A stretch of 64,000 nt of DNA from the human T2T-CHM13v2.0 reference genome, Homo sapiens (GCF_009914755.1 NC_060928.1), one strand, 5' to 3'. Positions 1 to 14,636 are shown, numbered from the stretch's first letter. Numbers and translations are program-made. Notes: generated by a model from the letters alone, not told the origin.

Positions 1-59
1 CTTTTTCTGTTTTTCACTTCTCTAAAATCTTTTAATGCACCTTATTGGGTTTTGGTGTA

Positions 60-1440
60 AATTATGAATAAGAAAGACATTTTTCTCAGTTTTTATGAGG
101 TTAAAAAATTGATTTATAAAATGTTAACTTTAAGAATTCATTCTTTTCATTTGGTTCACTGTGTCAAGTTTGTTTGGAAATGCGACCTGTGTGTGCCTGT
201 GTGTCATCACTTTGCATGCAAGTTTTCTCCGGCCTCATTTCAATACATGTTGTGTTAAACTACTTACTAGTGTTTTTACATTTGTAGTTTTACATTTGAT
301 CCTATATTTATTCTGATTATCTAAAACATTTCAAAAAATAAAAATAAAAACATTCAATATTTAGTCACACAAACAGATACACTATCGATTTCTTTATTTT
401 ACCTTTCCTTTACGGTGTCATGAATGTATTTAAGTAATAATCAGTTGCAAAGTGAAGCTGTCGATTTGATTGTTTATTTTCCTAGAGCTCAAAAAAACAA
501 TGGCTCAGGCTTTACTAAATTTATTTTTTCCATTGAAGGTATTTTTTCTTCTTTTGTAAAATCTATGTGTTATCATTTCTTAAAACTAGCAAATCTCTAG
601 CCCTATTTCTGCATGGAGCTCCATTTAAAGTAAGCTATTTTGAAATCCAATAGTGACCAAAGTAGAATGTCATTTTCCTCTTGGAGTAGGGACAAGGTAT
701 TTTCTCTTCCCAAATACGAATAGAAAGAAATTCATTATTTTTCTCTGATACTAACGTTATACATTTTACAGGCTTTCTTGTTTTTCAAGGATGTGGAAAC
801 TGCAGTAATTCTAGCAGCATATTTTCCTTCAATTTATTTTTTGGAAATCTGTTATTTAAAAAAATATATGAGCCTATATCAAACTCAAAAATTTTGTAAA
901 ATAATTGCAGTACAGGTTTCAATAATAGCTACAATACCCTAGATGTTTTATAATTTACTAGTTTTGTTATTAATGATTTCACCTTCTACTAGTCTAATTG
1001 ATTCTGTTAAAGATGATGGCTACATGTATCCATCAGCTTTCAATCTTGTTAGAAATTTTTTGATACTTTTTCCTATCTTATCTTTTTTGTCTTATCTACA
1101 AACATACTTTTCATCTATTAATAGATATATGGGATTCAGGAGTAAAATTATCTTTTCTGCTTGCATTACAAAATGAAAACGAATGTGCACTCCTCCCTGA
1201 ATGTAGTTTATGATTTAATAATGCCACAGCTTCTGGTCTTGTTGGTATTCTTACCTCTGCAAGCATATTTTGAGGCCACCCAATCTCATACATACCTCAG
1301 GTCACGTGGGTATCAGGAATAAATGGCAAATCTCGTAAGTGGTCTGCCTCTATGCACCACATCGAGTACAAGGAGAAATGCAAAATACACCTTTTTGCCA
1401 GTTTTTCATTCCACTGAAGCATTTCCTTTGGCTAACTCAT
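60..1440 (-). mobile_element. Degenerate hAT-Tip100-type DNA transposon remnant (Arthur/Zaphod-like transposase fragments); boundaries approximate
   Basis: Minus-strand frames give fragments resembling hAT transposases: TRPEAVALLNHK..FVFIL/VMQAEKIILLLNP, FYKIF..YIFLNNRF and STASL..LKYI (dimerisation-like). They are broken by stops and frameshifts. Confidence 0.45.
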
Positions 1441-3269
1441 GACAATTTGCATTTTCACTTAGAATACTTTAATACTTTTGCCAATCTAATCACTGAATAT
1501 ATATTCATTTTTAATTAATTGACCAGAAATTCTGTCTTTCATTTACAATATAAAATGTATAGACACATTCATACCCTCAACTACAATTCAATTATGTGTA
1601 TAATTTTTATAATAATAGGCTTATGTAGCCTGTGATAGTCTATGAAAAATATCATTTAAAACAAATGTTATCCTATATTTAAGTATGGGAAATGTTTTGT
1701 AATATTTGATATAAAGCAGATGAAATATAGTATTATCATCAAAATCATATCTATTATACATTCTCCCACTTTTTCTGAAACTTAATTCACTAAACTCAAA
1801 TGAATAAATTCCTCATAGGAAAAAAATATCTCTCATCTGCAATTGAATTATTGATTAGGTCTGGACTTGTAGTTTGGCATCATGGATTAGACATCCCTCT
1901 GGTTTTAAGGAATGTTAAATGTTACTATAAGTTGCTTAAGGTTTTTAAAGGAGGCACACTCTCTAGGAGTTGGAACTAATTTTTAACATTTGCATAAGGC
2001 ACATGTCCAGTTGGTTGAACTGCTGACTTAAATCTATCTTTGAAAGAAAGAGTAAGGCTTGCACAAATGCAAAAAGGTCAAGTTATGCTAATGAGAACCA
2101 TTTAGCCAGCTGCCTTATTGGCTAACTGGCTAATTGTCCAATAGCTGACACTTACTGGACATTATAATCAAAATGCAGTATAGGCAGTAAACTCCTATGT
2201 ATCTATGGCTTTTAAACCCATAAGGTATGCAAGTAACCACTGTAACTTCCAGCTGCATTCAGCTTGGCGATATGTTAACCCAAAGATGTGTGTGTGTGTT
2301 TGAGGCAGCCCAGAGGAGGACAGAGGGGAAGAAATGGCTTATGTTGCTCAGCAGGGTCCCTGCTTATGGATTAGGAACAGGGACAAAGAAACAGCGCATG
2401 GAAGACAGTAGCCAATCCATGAAGATTTTGTCATAGGGTTGAGATGAAAGGAACAAAGCAGGAAAAGGAAAAGGGTTGGGAAAAAAAGATAGGAGGAGAT
2501 AAAATCTTAACAGTGAACAGTGCTGATATATGAGAAGAGAAAAATGTATTTGCCAGTTTTCAAAAAGCTACATATATGGGGATAAGGTAGAAGAGCGACA
2601 GGGGCTGGGGAGGATCTTTTTTATTTGTACTAAGAATAACCCTGTACAATGTCATTAAATTTAGAAACTGACTTTACTGGACTTTGGTATTAATTTATAG
2701 TCTAAATTGAATTTGAAAAACAACAGCAAAAAGGTAAACTAATTTAAATTCTGGTCAAGGCTTCATATTAATTTTATAATTGCCAGGAATCCTACAGGCA
2801 TGGACCCTCAGCTAGAGAATCCCCAAACTTGAAGGCTTATCAACTGTTCTTGGGACCCTCTTAATAAACCATGCCTAGAATGAATTAACCTTCTCCTCAG
2901 GCCCTATTTTGGAACTTCACCGATACATAGTTGTTAGGTAAGAATCTCTCTTGTGCAATTATATTCCGATATTGTTTTCATGTTTTAGGAGTACAGCTAG
3001 TAATTAGAAATAATTATTAACATCTAAATGATAAATGCTGCTGTATGGTATCTCCTAGCGTGGCCATATAGTAGCGCAAAGGAGAAATTGGACATTATAC
3101 TAACAGTGGATTTGTGAGATATAAGAGAAGGTTGTCCTTTTAAACTAAAAGAAATATTTTTAGGGTTTAACAAGGAATACTCGATGAGGAGATAAACTTT
3201 TATAGTGTGCTATTAGACCAAAAGATTTTCTTATTTATTTAGCAAATATTTGCTGTTTCTAGATTGGTT

Positions 3270-3545
3270 TTGCCAGCCTTTCACAAACAATGTTTCAAAG
3301 AATAATGGTTCCAGCAATAAGCTAGTTTAAAATAAAAAGTTTCATGTTTAAATGATTGTGAGAATATGGGATATTAAATCCCCCTCTTGGAGATTCCCAA
3401 TATATGCGACCAAAATAAAGGTTACGTAATGTTTATACAGCTATGAAAACCTCTTTAAAATAGTTTCATTTATTTGACCCTAAATACTTCCTGTATTTAA
3501 CCTTAATAATTTCCTGTAACACTATTGTACTGCAACAATTTTAAA
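3270..3545. mobile_element. MER103-like hAT-Charlie remnant
   Basis: Contains cccctcttggagattcccaat..aaaggttac..aaacct..ttatttgacc, resembling the recalled MER103C consensus. Confidence 0.45.
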
Positions 3546-3549
3546 AGCT

Positions 3550-4700
3550 GATGTATTTTTCCATTCATCTGCTTATCCATTTTTTTCCTGATACCATATT
3601 ATTTTAATTACCAGGAATTCAAATCAAGTTTAAATATCTCATAAAATCTTCTAAGCCATTATTTTTCTTCTCAAAACATTTTAGCTCTTCCTTGCATATT
3701 AATTTTTCTAAATTAATGTCAAGATATTTTCCAAGTTAAGAAAGAAACGTTGAGGTTTTTAAATTAGAATTCATTAATACTTTAAATTAAAAGGAAGAAT
3801 AGATATATTTATTTGAATAAATCTATTCTTCAAGAACAGATTATATCTTCATTTGTCCCACTCATCATTTATGGAAGAGAAAATCACTCAGTACACTTTT
3901 AAAGTTTTCTTTATGTAGGATTCTTGCTTGTTGTTGTTGATATTGTTAGTGAGGTCTTCAGTTTCAGATAATAGAGTGTTTTTAGGAATTTAGAGAAAAA
4001 TCTATTGACATTTTTCCCACATTTATTCTATACTAGCCAATTATCTGAACTATTGGAAAATTTGGTGGGATGATTTTTTGTTTTCCTAGATTAACATATT
4101 ATATGAAAATAATAATAATCTTGTGTTTTATTATATATTATTATTGGTTGGTTTCTTGTTTCTGCTTTGTTTCTTATTGTATTGGTTTGAAATGGAAATG
4201 TTCATGGTAATGAAAGACATTCTTATTTCCCATGGTTTTTCACCATTAAAGATGAGATTGGCAATTGATTTGAGGTGGGCATTAGTTATCTTGTTAAATA
4301 ATTATTCTTCAAGTCCTAGCTCACAGAGCTATACACAAACAGAGGCTTAATTTTTATCATGGGCTTTCAAAATCTTTCTCAATGATTTATCATTATTAAC
4401 CTTTTGAAATAATTACATTATTTAATATTCTAATAAATAAATAACCCTTACATTCCTTGCTAACCCTAGTTAGCGATAGCGGATTGTTCTTAGATAGACC
4501 AAGGAATATGGCTTACTTATTGTTTAAGAATTAATATACATTCATAACAAGAATTGCTCTGAGGTTTTCTTTGGCTGGAGAGGGTGAGAGATAAGGAAAA
4601 GATCTTTTTCAGGTATTTTTGGCAGGAATATTGTCCATCATTCTATATGCTTCAAAATGATTTATTAATTTAACATATAGTATAAGAAGTATGAGCTCCT
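3550..4700 (-). mobile_element. Ancient L1M (L1ME-like) ORF2 remnant
   Basis: T-rich, highly diverged L1 antisense phrases (ccatattattttaattac, ttcaccattaaagatga, cccttacattcct). Confidence 0.55.
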
Positions 4701-4743
4701 TTAAATATTCCTACAAATTAACCACAAAAATATATAACCTAGA

Positions 4744-5253
<510 letters not shown>

Positions 5254-5454
5254 CTATAAGAAATTTTTATAAGTTAAAATTTTTGTTCCATAAGTATTGA
5301 TCTGTTAAGATTTCTTTAAAAATTTTGTTTAAAATTGTGTGTGTGCATCAATGTTAGTAAAAGTTAGCTCCCTGTTAAAACAGATTCATCTGTTTTTTTG
5401 CATTGATAAGAAAAAGAGAATGCAAAATAGGTATCGTTGTAAAGAAGGATTTGG

Positions 5455-5660
5455 AGTCAAGTACACTTGAAGAACATTGAACTGAATAAATTTTAATAGG
5501 CTTGTTTACTGCAGAACTTCTCAGAACTCTCTATGTAAGAGAGTCCTTTGACTGTCTTAATAAGAGAGACATAAGCAGGTGGTAAGTCCCAAAATTATTT
5601 ACTATGGAACTACTTCGCCCTGAGCATCCTGCAGATGGAATATACTTTGAGGAATGTCAA
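5455..5660. mobile_element. MER103-like remnant, opposite orientation to the one at 3270
   Basis: aggcttgtttactgcagaacttctcaga and caaaattatttactatggaac..aatatactttgaggaatg. Confidence 0.45.
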
Positions 5661-6589
5661 CTTCTATCATACCCATCATATAGAAACAAATAGGTAGGTA
5701 GATAAACGGACAATTATGAGAAATTTTTGAAATATTGCTACAATTTGCCTATAAGTTTCATCAATATTTTTAAATTAATCATAATTTGTCTACATTTAAG
5801 GTTTTCTGCAATAAGTGCTTTCTTGATTGAATTTCCTTGTTCTTCATGGTTGTGAGTTGTGTAATGGTCACCTCAGGTCAGTCAACAGATCTTGAGAGTT
5901 CAACATAGCAGAGTATTCTTCTTTTGACCTTTTACCCTGGTCAGTATTTTCCCTTAGGCATTACTTGAATATTTTCCTTTTAGAAAGGGTTAGAAGTGCT
6001 GCTAATTGCCATTTAGGAAAGAGATTCTAAATGAACACTAACTAAAATAAACCATGACATATCAGAGTTGGGGATTATTAAAAAGACATTACCTAACTGA
6101 GGAAAAACATAGACACCTTTCTTATGTAACATTGCAATGGCCATGGCATTACAGAACCATCCTTAGCTAAAGATTTGTAGATGCTTTATCAATAATACAC
6201 TGAAGACAGAGGCTGAATGTTTTCATTTTGGATAACTGGGATTTAACTCATTGGTAGACAAACACAGAGAGACTCATACATACATTCACACAAATATGTA
6301 CACACACCCCTAAACTTTACTTTGGCAAAGCAAGTGAAAGACACACAAAAGGGAAAACGATAAAGGTAAACTTTACATCTTTCCTAGTGTTGCCTAGACC
6401 CAGCCTACACAAATCTAGTTTTTTTCTTTTTAATCACACTCCCCTAACCCTGTGGTTCAGTAACATCCATCTTAATATTGAGCTGTGGAACAAGGCTTTT
6501 TCAATCTGCTCACATGCCAAGATGTGTCAACAGCCAGGAGAAGTTATGAGCTCCATGTACATGAGTGGCTTTGCGGCAGCACAGGCCCT

Positions 6590-6633
6590 TCAGATCTCAT
6601 CAGATCTCATCAGATCTCATCAGATCTCATCAG
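6590..6633. repeat. Perfect 10-bp tandem repeat (CAGATCTCAT)x4
   Basis: Directly visible. Confidence 0.95.
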
Positions 6634-8337
6634 CTGGGCCTTTCAGAGCCCAGAATGAGAAGCCTCCTACTATTCAGAGGAAGGATAACAACCAAAATGT
6701 AAATAGCCTCATGTAGTTTTGTTAATTATCGAGAAAAATAGGCCCAAATTTTGTAGCATTCTTAGTGCACTCATATAGCTAACATTTCTGAAAAAAAAAA
6801 CAATATATAGATTAAAGCACTAAGACTAAAACATACACTTTCACTCACTAGCCCAAGAGTTTTTGCTGTGACCCATGTATACAAACAGGAACTACTTTTG
6901 GCATCTGATAAAGGATTCATCCATGCCACAGAAACAAGTCTTGGATGTGATCTTTGTGTCTCACATGCTGAAGCCATCTTAGAGCTCACCATTCAGGCAG
7001 GGGGTAAAAAAAAAAAAAGGCTGTGGCAGCACATCAGGTTCTGAAAGGGGAAAGGCCCATCATACAAGGAGATTGGCTGTTCTGCTTCCGCAGACATGGT
7101 TCTCATTATCCCTGATCCTAATTGTCAAACTATCAGGAATAGACTTGGTCTGGAGAAATACAGTCCTTATTTCTCACTGGCAAACAGCAAACAACAAAAA
7201 TCCAAACCACAATTCTCGTTTTCATGGTTGCAGCCGAGGAAATTTCCCATAACCTCTCCCTACCATGAAATTCAACTGTCGAAGTGATCCTAACTTGTAC
7301 TAGTACACTGGTGGGAGTAGCCATTGCAGCCTGCCCAAATGGTTTACAAGGGCAAGATGGATGGGAAGCAGTTTCCAGCCCCTCATATTACAGAGTCAGG
7401 AGTTGTGAGTGGCCACGGGCATCCTTGACCACTGAGGTACAACTGTTCATCTTTGAAACTGGCTCTGCTACAGGAACATTTTTAAGTGTGATACATTTTA
7501 AGGGACACAGTGGTTTACATTTTAATAGGCAAAGAGCAAAATGAGTAGTTTGTGTGGAAACAGACCTACCCAGCTAAAGTCATTTGCAGGCCTCTGCCAA
7601 TAGATTCTGGAATCCTATTTCTGAGCCCCCCTGGGATGGAAGGCAGCACAGCCGTCTGACTGCCGAGGAGAGGTCTGTCCTCATCCATCTGTATTTCCTG
7701 CCACTTTCTTCATTTCCTGCACTCTTGTCTGTTTACTCCATTCTCTCTTTTCTGGGCATTCAAAATACAAGTCTTTCTCCAATTCACCTGATTTCCTCTC
7801 TGGCTTTTCAGAGGCCACTACCAGCTGTTAGAACATCCATCTCCATCATGATCTGAGCAACTGAAAGGAGAGGCTCACCTAAGCTGCCTGATTGAAGAGA
7901 AGAAATCAGGAGAAGGTTGAAGCAGCAGCCAGGTGGGAGAAAAACCCATCTTAGCACTGCTGGCAAACCTGGAAACACAGTGATCCACCAGGTTCATCGC
8001 TGGGTCATTGGGCAATCCCCTCTGCCCTGGCACCTTTCACTGCTCTCATTCAATCAATGAACATGACCAAGTATCTATTACACGCATCAGGTCCCATGCT
8101 AATTGGGCGGTGGGAAGAGGATAAGATATAAAAGACCCAGTTCTATAAACTGTCAGCTTTCTGAGAGCTCCATATTCCCAGTATCTAGAACAGTAGATGG
8201 CACACCTTAGCCTCAAGTCAGTATTTGCTGTTTCAATTAAGTAACCCTAGTTACTGCCTGGGTAGAATGGCTTGATGCCCTGCTTGAGACCAGGAGTTAC
8301 AGATTTTAGTTAGAAAACAAGGCTCTTCTCTGCTCTA

Positions 8338-8790
8338 TTGCCAATCAGGGGCGAGTTTGTATCCTCAGAGGGCAGCAGCTGCATTCCTAGTATCATCTTT
8401 GCCTCATCCGCCACTCTGGCACTGCACAAACTGAGCCCCGTGAAGCGCGGCGTTCCCTCTCTCCCTGAAGCGACGCCCCCTTCCTTCTCAGAGGGCCCCC
8501 TGAGCTGCGTCCCTCTGCCCCAGAGCTGTGCCTGGCGTCTGGCTGTCAGGAGGCACCGCGGCCCCTCCCGGCAGCTCCCGGCCGTCCTGAGGCAGGCGCC
8601 GAGCGGGGTCAGCGGGGAGTCGGGGCTCCCTGGGCCTGTCACTCAGCAAGACTGAGCCAGGGCTCCCTGACAGCCCTCCAGACCCTAGGGGATAACCGTG
8701 TCCGTGTCTGTCTGTGCATCAGATCAGAGGGAACGAAGCGCGCTCCCCCGCCTAATTCCTCCCCTTCCCTGGAATGTCCACGAGTTCCTG
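8338..8790. promoter_or_regulatory. CpG/GC-rich island-like segment; candidate promoter or enhancer
   Basis: The only non-repeat CpG-dense patch in the window (roughly 25-30 CpGs by eye). CCAATCA at 8341 is followed by ggggcgag; GC-box-like cccccgcc near 8745. Confidence 0.65.
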
Positions 8791-9369
8791 CTAATGCTAT
8801 TGTTTGCTTTTGCTTATGCACATATAAGTCTTTGGTACACACACACTGTTTTGTTGTGGTTTTTCTTTTCCTTTCTAAAGCTAATAGTTTGTGGTGGGGT
8901 GAAGATACGGCTTTGGGTGTGGATTCAACTGGGAAAAAGAAATGCAAGCAGGATTTAGAAAATAATAAAACCACTTAATACATTTCCAGAACTGCAATTA
9001 TTGCTAGTGAGAAAATATGGATAGCAATTATTTTTAAGTTCAGTGAATTGAAAAGATTGGAACTAGAATAGGATTTAAGTAAAGAAGAAATTCCTTCTCT
9101 AAACCAATTTCTGGTTGCTCAAAATTCCCAGGATAAACTAAAGTATGAAAAAAATGATGACTTCATATTATCAAAATATACATAGATTTCTGATTTGTTT
9201 TAAATACATTTTATACTAGTAAAATTCATTGATGGTAGAGAATGTTTTCCAGTTATTATAACTGATTTTAATTAAGCAGTTTCATATGTCTGGATTGTGT
9301 GTTTTGAGGTATGGCTCATGATCGGTCCACACGTAGATTTTACCATTTTAAATTTGCATTGCTTATAAG

Positions 9370-9580
9370 ACAGGCTTTGTAGTCACGTAACCTGGGTTCA
9401 CCTCCTCATGTAGCCACTTACTGTATCATGTTGGGCAAACTTTCTGTAGATTTTCTCGCCTGCAAAATTAGGGATAATAGTACTTTATGAGATTGTTGGA
9501 ACATTACATTAGGTACTACATATGAAAACTAAAAACTGTCTCACACAGAATTATCACACAATAAATATTAGTTATTTATT
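9370..9580 (+). mobile_element. MIR SINE
   Basis: ggctttgtagtca..cctgggttc..ccacttact..ttgggcaa..ttttctcgcctgcaaaattagggataatagtac..caataaatattagttatt. Confidence 0.7.
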
Positions 9581-9667
9581 TTTGCTAACTAATTCTGCTC
9601 AAATAAGAAAACTATGGGCCATTTAAAATAAATTATAATGTCAACATATTTTAAAAATAAAATATTA

Positions 9668-9970
<303 letters not shown>

Positions 9971-11919
9971 TATTGTCCTATTTATATATTTTGGCATTTC
10001 TGAACTTTTTTGCAACATATATACAAATTCAAAAATAATTCATAGCAATAATATATAATTAGAATATATTGAAATGACAGGGCTCATTAGTAAGCTTTTA
10101 AACATTAGTCAGTCTAAGATTTGGTTTGGAAGAGATCGAGAAACACATTCAAATCTCAACCTTATTTTACAGAAAAGTATTAATCTTGTTTATTTGAAGT
10201 CAAGGTCAATAGTATAAATTCTGGGGACGATTGATGAACCAATTTGCAAAGGACATGTCACTAATAATCCCCTTCTTGACTAGAGACAATAACATAGACA
10301 CCAGCCCCTACTTATAGTGGGACCAAAGGAGAATGTGTCATCTATCTAGAAATAATAAACCTATTTTCAATGCCAACTGTCTCACAGTCTATAATTTCAT
10401 GTGAACCAAACACATAGCTATGATTAACTAAATCCTTCCACTTTTCAATTAGCTTTTGTACACAAACACATGTAAACGCACAATACCAAATTAACTTTTA
10501 GTTGTGTGCTATTAATTCAATCACCTTGAAAACAGGTTTTTATAGAGTCAAAATAATAAAAATTTAATATAAATATTTATTCTCAAGCTTAGGCAAAGGG
10601 ACACCCTTCCCATACCATTTTAAACAACCATTAAAAACAAAAATATTCCATGTGTTTCTCGTAAACTCCTTGTAGCCTCTTAGACCTAATTTTATTTCCT
10701 TCATTTATATTATTCCCTTTTAATTACATGATCAATAAATAAATACGGATATCTGATGAGATCTGACAATTATTTTTGAGACTTTTAAGTTTACTTTTTA
10801 AGAAAACCTAAATCCTGGGAGGTAAAAATTTTGAAAATATTTGATCAGGAGATAAGGTATATCTCCATTTAAAGAAGTTCTGAAGACCAAAAAAAAATAG
10901 AATTTTAATCCCTCTGATGTTCCCTTTTGCTCATGTTTAGAATCCATTTTTCCTCTCTGAAATTTCTAGATAAAATTCAACAGGTGGTGGTTGTGGCGAT
11001 GATGGTAGTGGTTAGTAGTTTTAAGAAAATATTTTTTGGAGACTGTGATGCTTGGTACACTTATTTAAAGCCCTTCATTCTGAGGAACTGAATTATAAGA
11101 TAATTCCTTGGTAAGGAAGAAAGCAAGAGTGTCTTAACTGGCATAAGGAATGATCATCACAACCAGTACAAAAGAACTTTAACAATCAATCAGCCCTGTA
11201 CCAGTTCAGCCACTGCCAGAGGATACATTTTTCTGTGCTCCATTTCAGACTTGGTTAAGTCTGACCTGCAGCTACAGGTCAGAACCACCAGAGGTCAGAT
11301 TTTTACACCCCACCCGAATAGATGCTAAGCTTGAGTCTGAGACAGACAATGGTGTTTCTTTTCCTAGCACTTTTTCCTCTTCAATTTACCTTTATTACCA
11401 CCAAATACAATGTAAGAATATTATATATAAATATAAGAGACGCATAGTTTACTTTCCTATATGGAAATGGCATCATGAGGAAAAAGTAAGGAAAAGGAGG
11501 AAATTAAGAAGACAATTATTTTAAGACGAAAGCTGGTATTGAGGAAGGACAAAAACCAAACAGCCTTCAAATCAATTTAAAAAGACAAAGAGAAACCAAA
11601 AAAAAAAAAAAAACCCTATATGAGCATTCTGATTATCAAAATTGTATTAAGATGTTTGTTTTTATTCATAAGAATAAAGCTGATCTTCCCCAAAATGATA
11701 ATACAAATAATATTGTAGTAGTAATACAGTGGTAGTGGTGGCAGCTGTGGCCACCAATATGTATTGAATGCATTGTTCTAATCACTTAACATACTATTAT
11801 AACCTCATCATAAGGATGAGAAAATCAAGCGCAGAGGTTTTTCTAATAGTTTTCAGGAGCCTGGAAAATGTTTCTATCTTTTGCGACTATAATCTCACAT
11901 TTGAGTGTTTGGCCAAAGA

Positions 11920-12270
11920 TAAAAACTCAAATTGTTGGAGGAGGTGTTGGCATGAAGATATCATATTAATCCTAGGTTTATTCATCACAGAAAAATTTGG
12001 AAACAACCTATCTAATAATTGTACAATAATCAAATAAAAATACCAAATAATATGTAGTTATTACGATTAAAATTGTGAAGATTAGAAAAAACAAGAAAAA
12101 TGTTTGGTTAAAAAAATTGAGAAAATTGTATCCATAACATAAATAAAACTGTATAAAATATGTGCATATATGTATAAGAATAAAGAAAGAAATCTGCTAG
12201 AAAAACAACATATTTGTTAGGGTGTAGGATCACAGGCAAAAATTTTTAAAGTAATAATCCTGGAACACAC
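11920..12270 (+). mobile_element. L1ME-like 3' remnant
   Basis: aaaaatttggaaacaacctatctaataat and A-rich 3'UTR-like sequence. Confidence 0.45.
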
Positions 12271-13574
12271 ATTTTTAAACTGCCAAAGGATACAATGTGA
12301 AAAGTGTATCCTCCTGGGGCTAGAGAGCATAAGCCAACTCAATTGATTTCACAGAGCGCTCACCAGAGGTGAGTCCACCAACCACACCTGGGCCTTCCTA
12401 CTTACCATGTCCAGCTTGGCTTACTGCATGCCTCAAAGCACCCACAAGATTCAGCAATAATACTGTTTTTCTTAGTAGTAATAATAATACAAAAGATGCC
12501 TATAGAGCTTTAGAGGTTTAAAAAAATTTTATTGCTTAGCTTATTTCAAGTCTAATTCCTTATGAATAAACATTGCGACTTAAAATCTCATGCTGTTGTC
12601 AGCAGAATGATATCCCAGAAGAGAGCAGAGAGGAAAATTCAGATGGATCTGGACTTTGAATAACAAAGAGGTCCACTTGTGCAATGAACAGGGCATAGCC
12701 TCACCTGTCTTTCCAATAAACCTAAGCACAGAGATATAACATCCCTAAGTATAGAGATATAACATGCTGGAACTCAGAAACATTTCATAGGAGCATTCTT
12801 GCAAAAGACAGTGGGTTTTCACTTGATACAGTAGATATCTTCTTTCTCTCTGAATTCTTTTCCCTACCAGACTCCCTCTCCATAACAACAACCTCTCTCT
12901 CATCGTGATAACCTGGGAATAAACATCCAGATTCCTGGGCTACACCTCAGAACAAATGAATGGGTGCAGTACCTGAAAAACTGTATTTTCTAAAAAGCTC
13001 CCCAGCTTTAAAAAATCAAAGTGATACCGTTTTTAGAGAGCAAAATCAATGAGGTAGGAAAGTGTACCCAACCTTTAAGGTTTTACCTTTCAGCTCACAC
13101 CTAAATAGATTCTTCCTCAGCCATGAGTGCTCCTTTTAAGGAGTTGTCTACCAATGGGAAATAAGAAGCCTATTTAACCCTCACAACCTCCAACCGTTGG
13201 TCAAAACCTATAGCTGCCGTTCTTCATAGGTCCCTGCACACTGTCCACATTGAAAACATGCAGTTGAAGAGAGTTTCAAATGCCTCTTTTTTAACCACAT
13301 TATGGCCGGCAATAAATGCAGAAATGTAGTCACAGCTCTGCAATCAGAAAGAGGCAAAAAATGCAGCAATAGACATTCTCATGTTGTCAAGTCAAGCAGG
13401 AAGCAGGCTTTGTTCAGAGCAGATTTGAAGGAGCAGACAACTCTAGCAAAACAATGATAAAGACTGGAAGAAGTAATGTTACCCACTTACCCAAAAGGGC
13501 TCTGACATATGAGAACAACAGTCCAGTAGACAGCATGGGAAGACAACAGTCTGGCACACATGTAAAGATGATGA

Positions 13575-13700
13575 GTGCTCATTCATTTACTCAGTGAATA
13601 TTTACTGAGTATCTACTGTGTGCCAGGCACTGTTGTAGATACTTGGAATACATCAGTGGACAAAACAAACATAATGCTTGTCCTTTTGGAGCTTATCCAG
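13575..13700 (-). mobile_element. L2a 3' end
   Basis: cattcatttactcagtgaatatttactgagtatctactgtgtgccaggcactgttgtag is the classic L2 3' terminus read antisense. Confidence 0.8.
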
Positions 13701-14636
13701 CAGGAACTTGGACCCATGCATGAAGAGGAATTCAAACCAGATCAGGATCACATATACTCTCTTGGTCACACTCCAGACTAATTCCACAGGGAGAAGGAAT
13801 TGGAAATCACAGCAAGACTGTACAGCACATGCACACATTCCTTGTCATTTGTTTTATTGTGTGTGTACATATATACATATAACTACCAATGTACAGTGTT
13901 GATTATCAATCATTCATTTATTTATAAATTTCATAAATAAGTATTGAGTGCCTACTCTTTACCCAGCCTTGGCTAAGTCATGAGGTTTTGCTATGTTCAT
14001 AAAATGCTTAGTTCAAGCATCCCTTCAGGGATTGTGACATATTGATACCTCAATGCAGTAGAACCTTCCTGACTATTAAAGTCGAAATTCTGGTCCTCAG
14101 AAAGAACAAACCTGGAAAATGTGATCCTAAAGAACCCTTCTTTGTGGAAGTCCATTTTTTATCAAAGTTAAATATATATTTGAAGCTCTTTTCTTTCCGA
14201 GGAGATGCACAAGCCACTCGCAGTGCCTTGGGCATTAATACATACTTGGGCTCACATACTTGCTGAATACATAGATGATGCTCTGTGATTCCCAGGTCAA
14301 AGAATAATCCCACCTGAAGGCTGTGGCACTGCCATTTCTCCTCGCCTCATTGGTTAAACACTACACTCAGACTTGCAGTCATTGACTGAAGAAGATGACA
14401 GTTTCATTCCAAAGTAATGTAATATTGGAATATGGGGTCAACATCCTTTGATTCCCAGGTTGTCAGTTCTGCTAAGAAAAGCTCTTACTTGATATGGAAT
14501 TTGAGAACAACATAAAAATGAAGGAACCATCATAAAGAGAAAGAAAACAAGCCCAAAGATGTGTTAAAAGACAGAGTCCACCCTCTCAGAGGAGTCAAAG
14601 GGTGTTTAGAATCCACTACATTATCCCTGGTGAATA

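Noticed and set aside
8310-8974. Overlapping ~86-111 aa ORFs in the GC-rich patch
   Set aside because: Stop-poor GC-rich DNA, non-ATG starts and no recognisable protein.
12340-12374. Plus-strand 14-nt micro-exon-like string ttcacag|agcgctcaccagag|gtgagt
   Set aside because: The polypyrimidine tract is weak, the length is not a multiple of 3 and there is no other plus-strand exon evidence, so it is plausibly chance.
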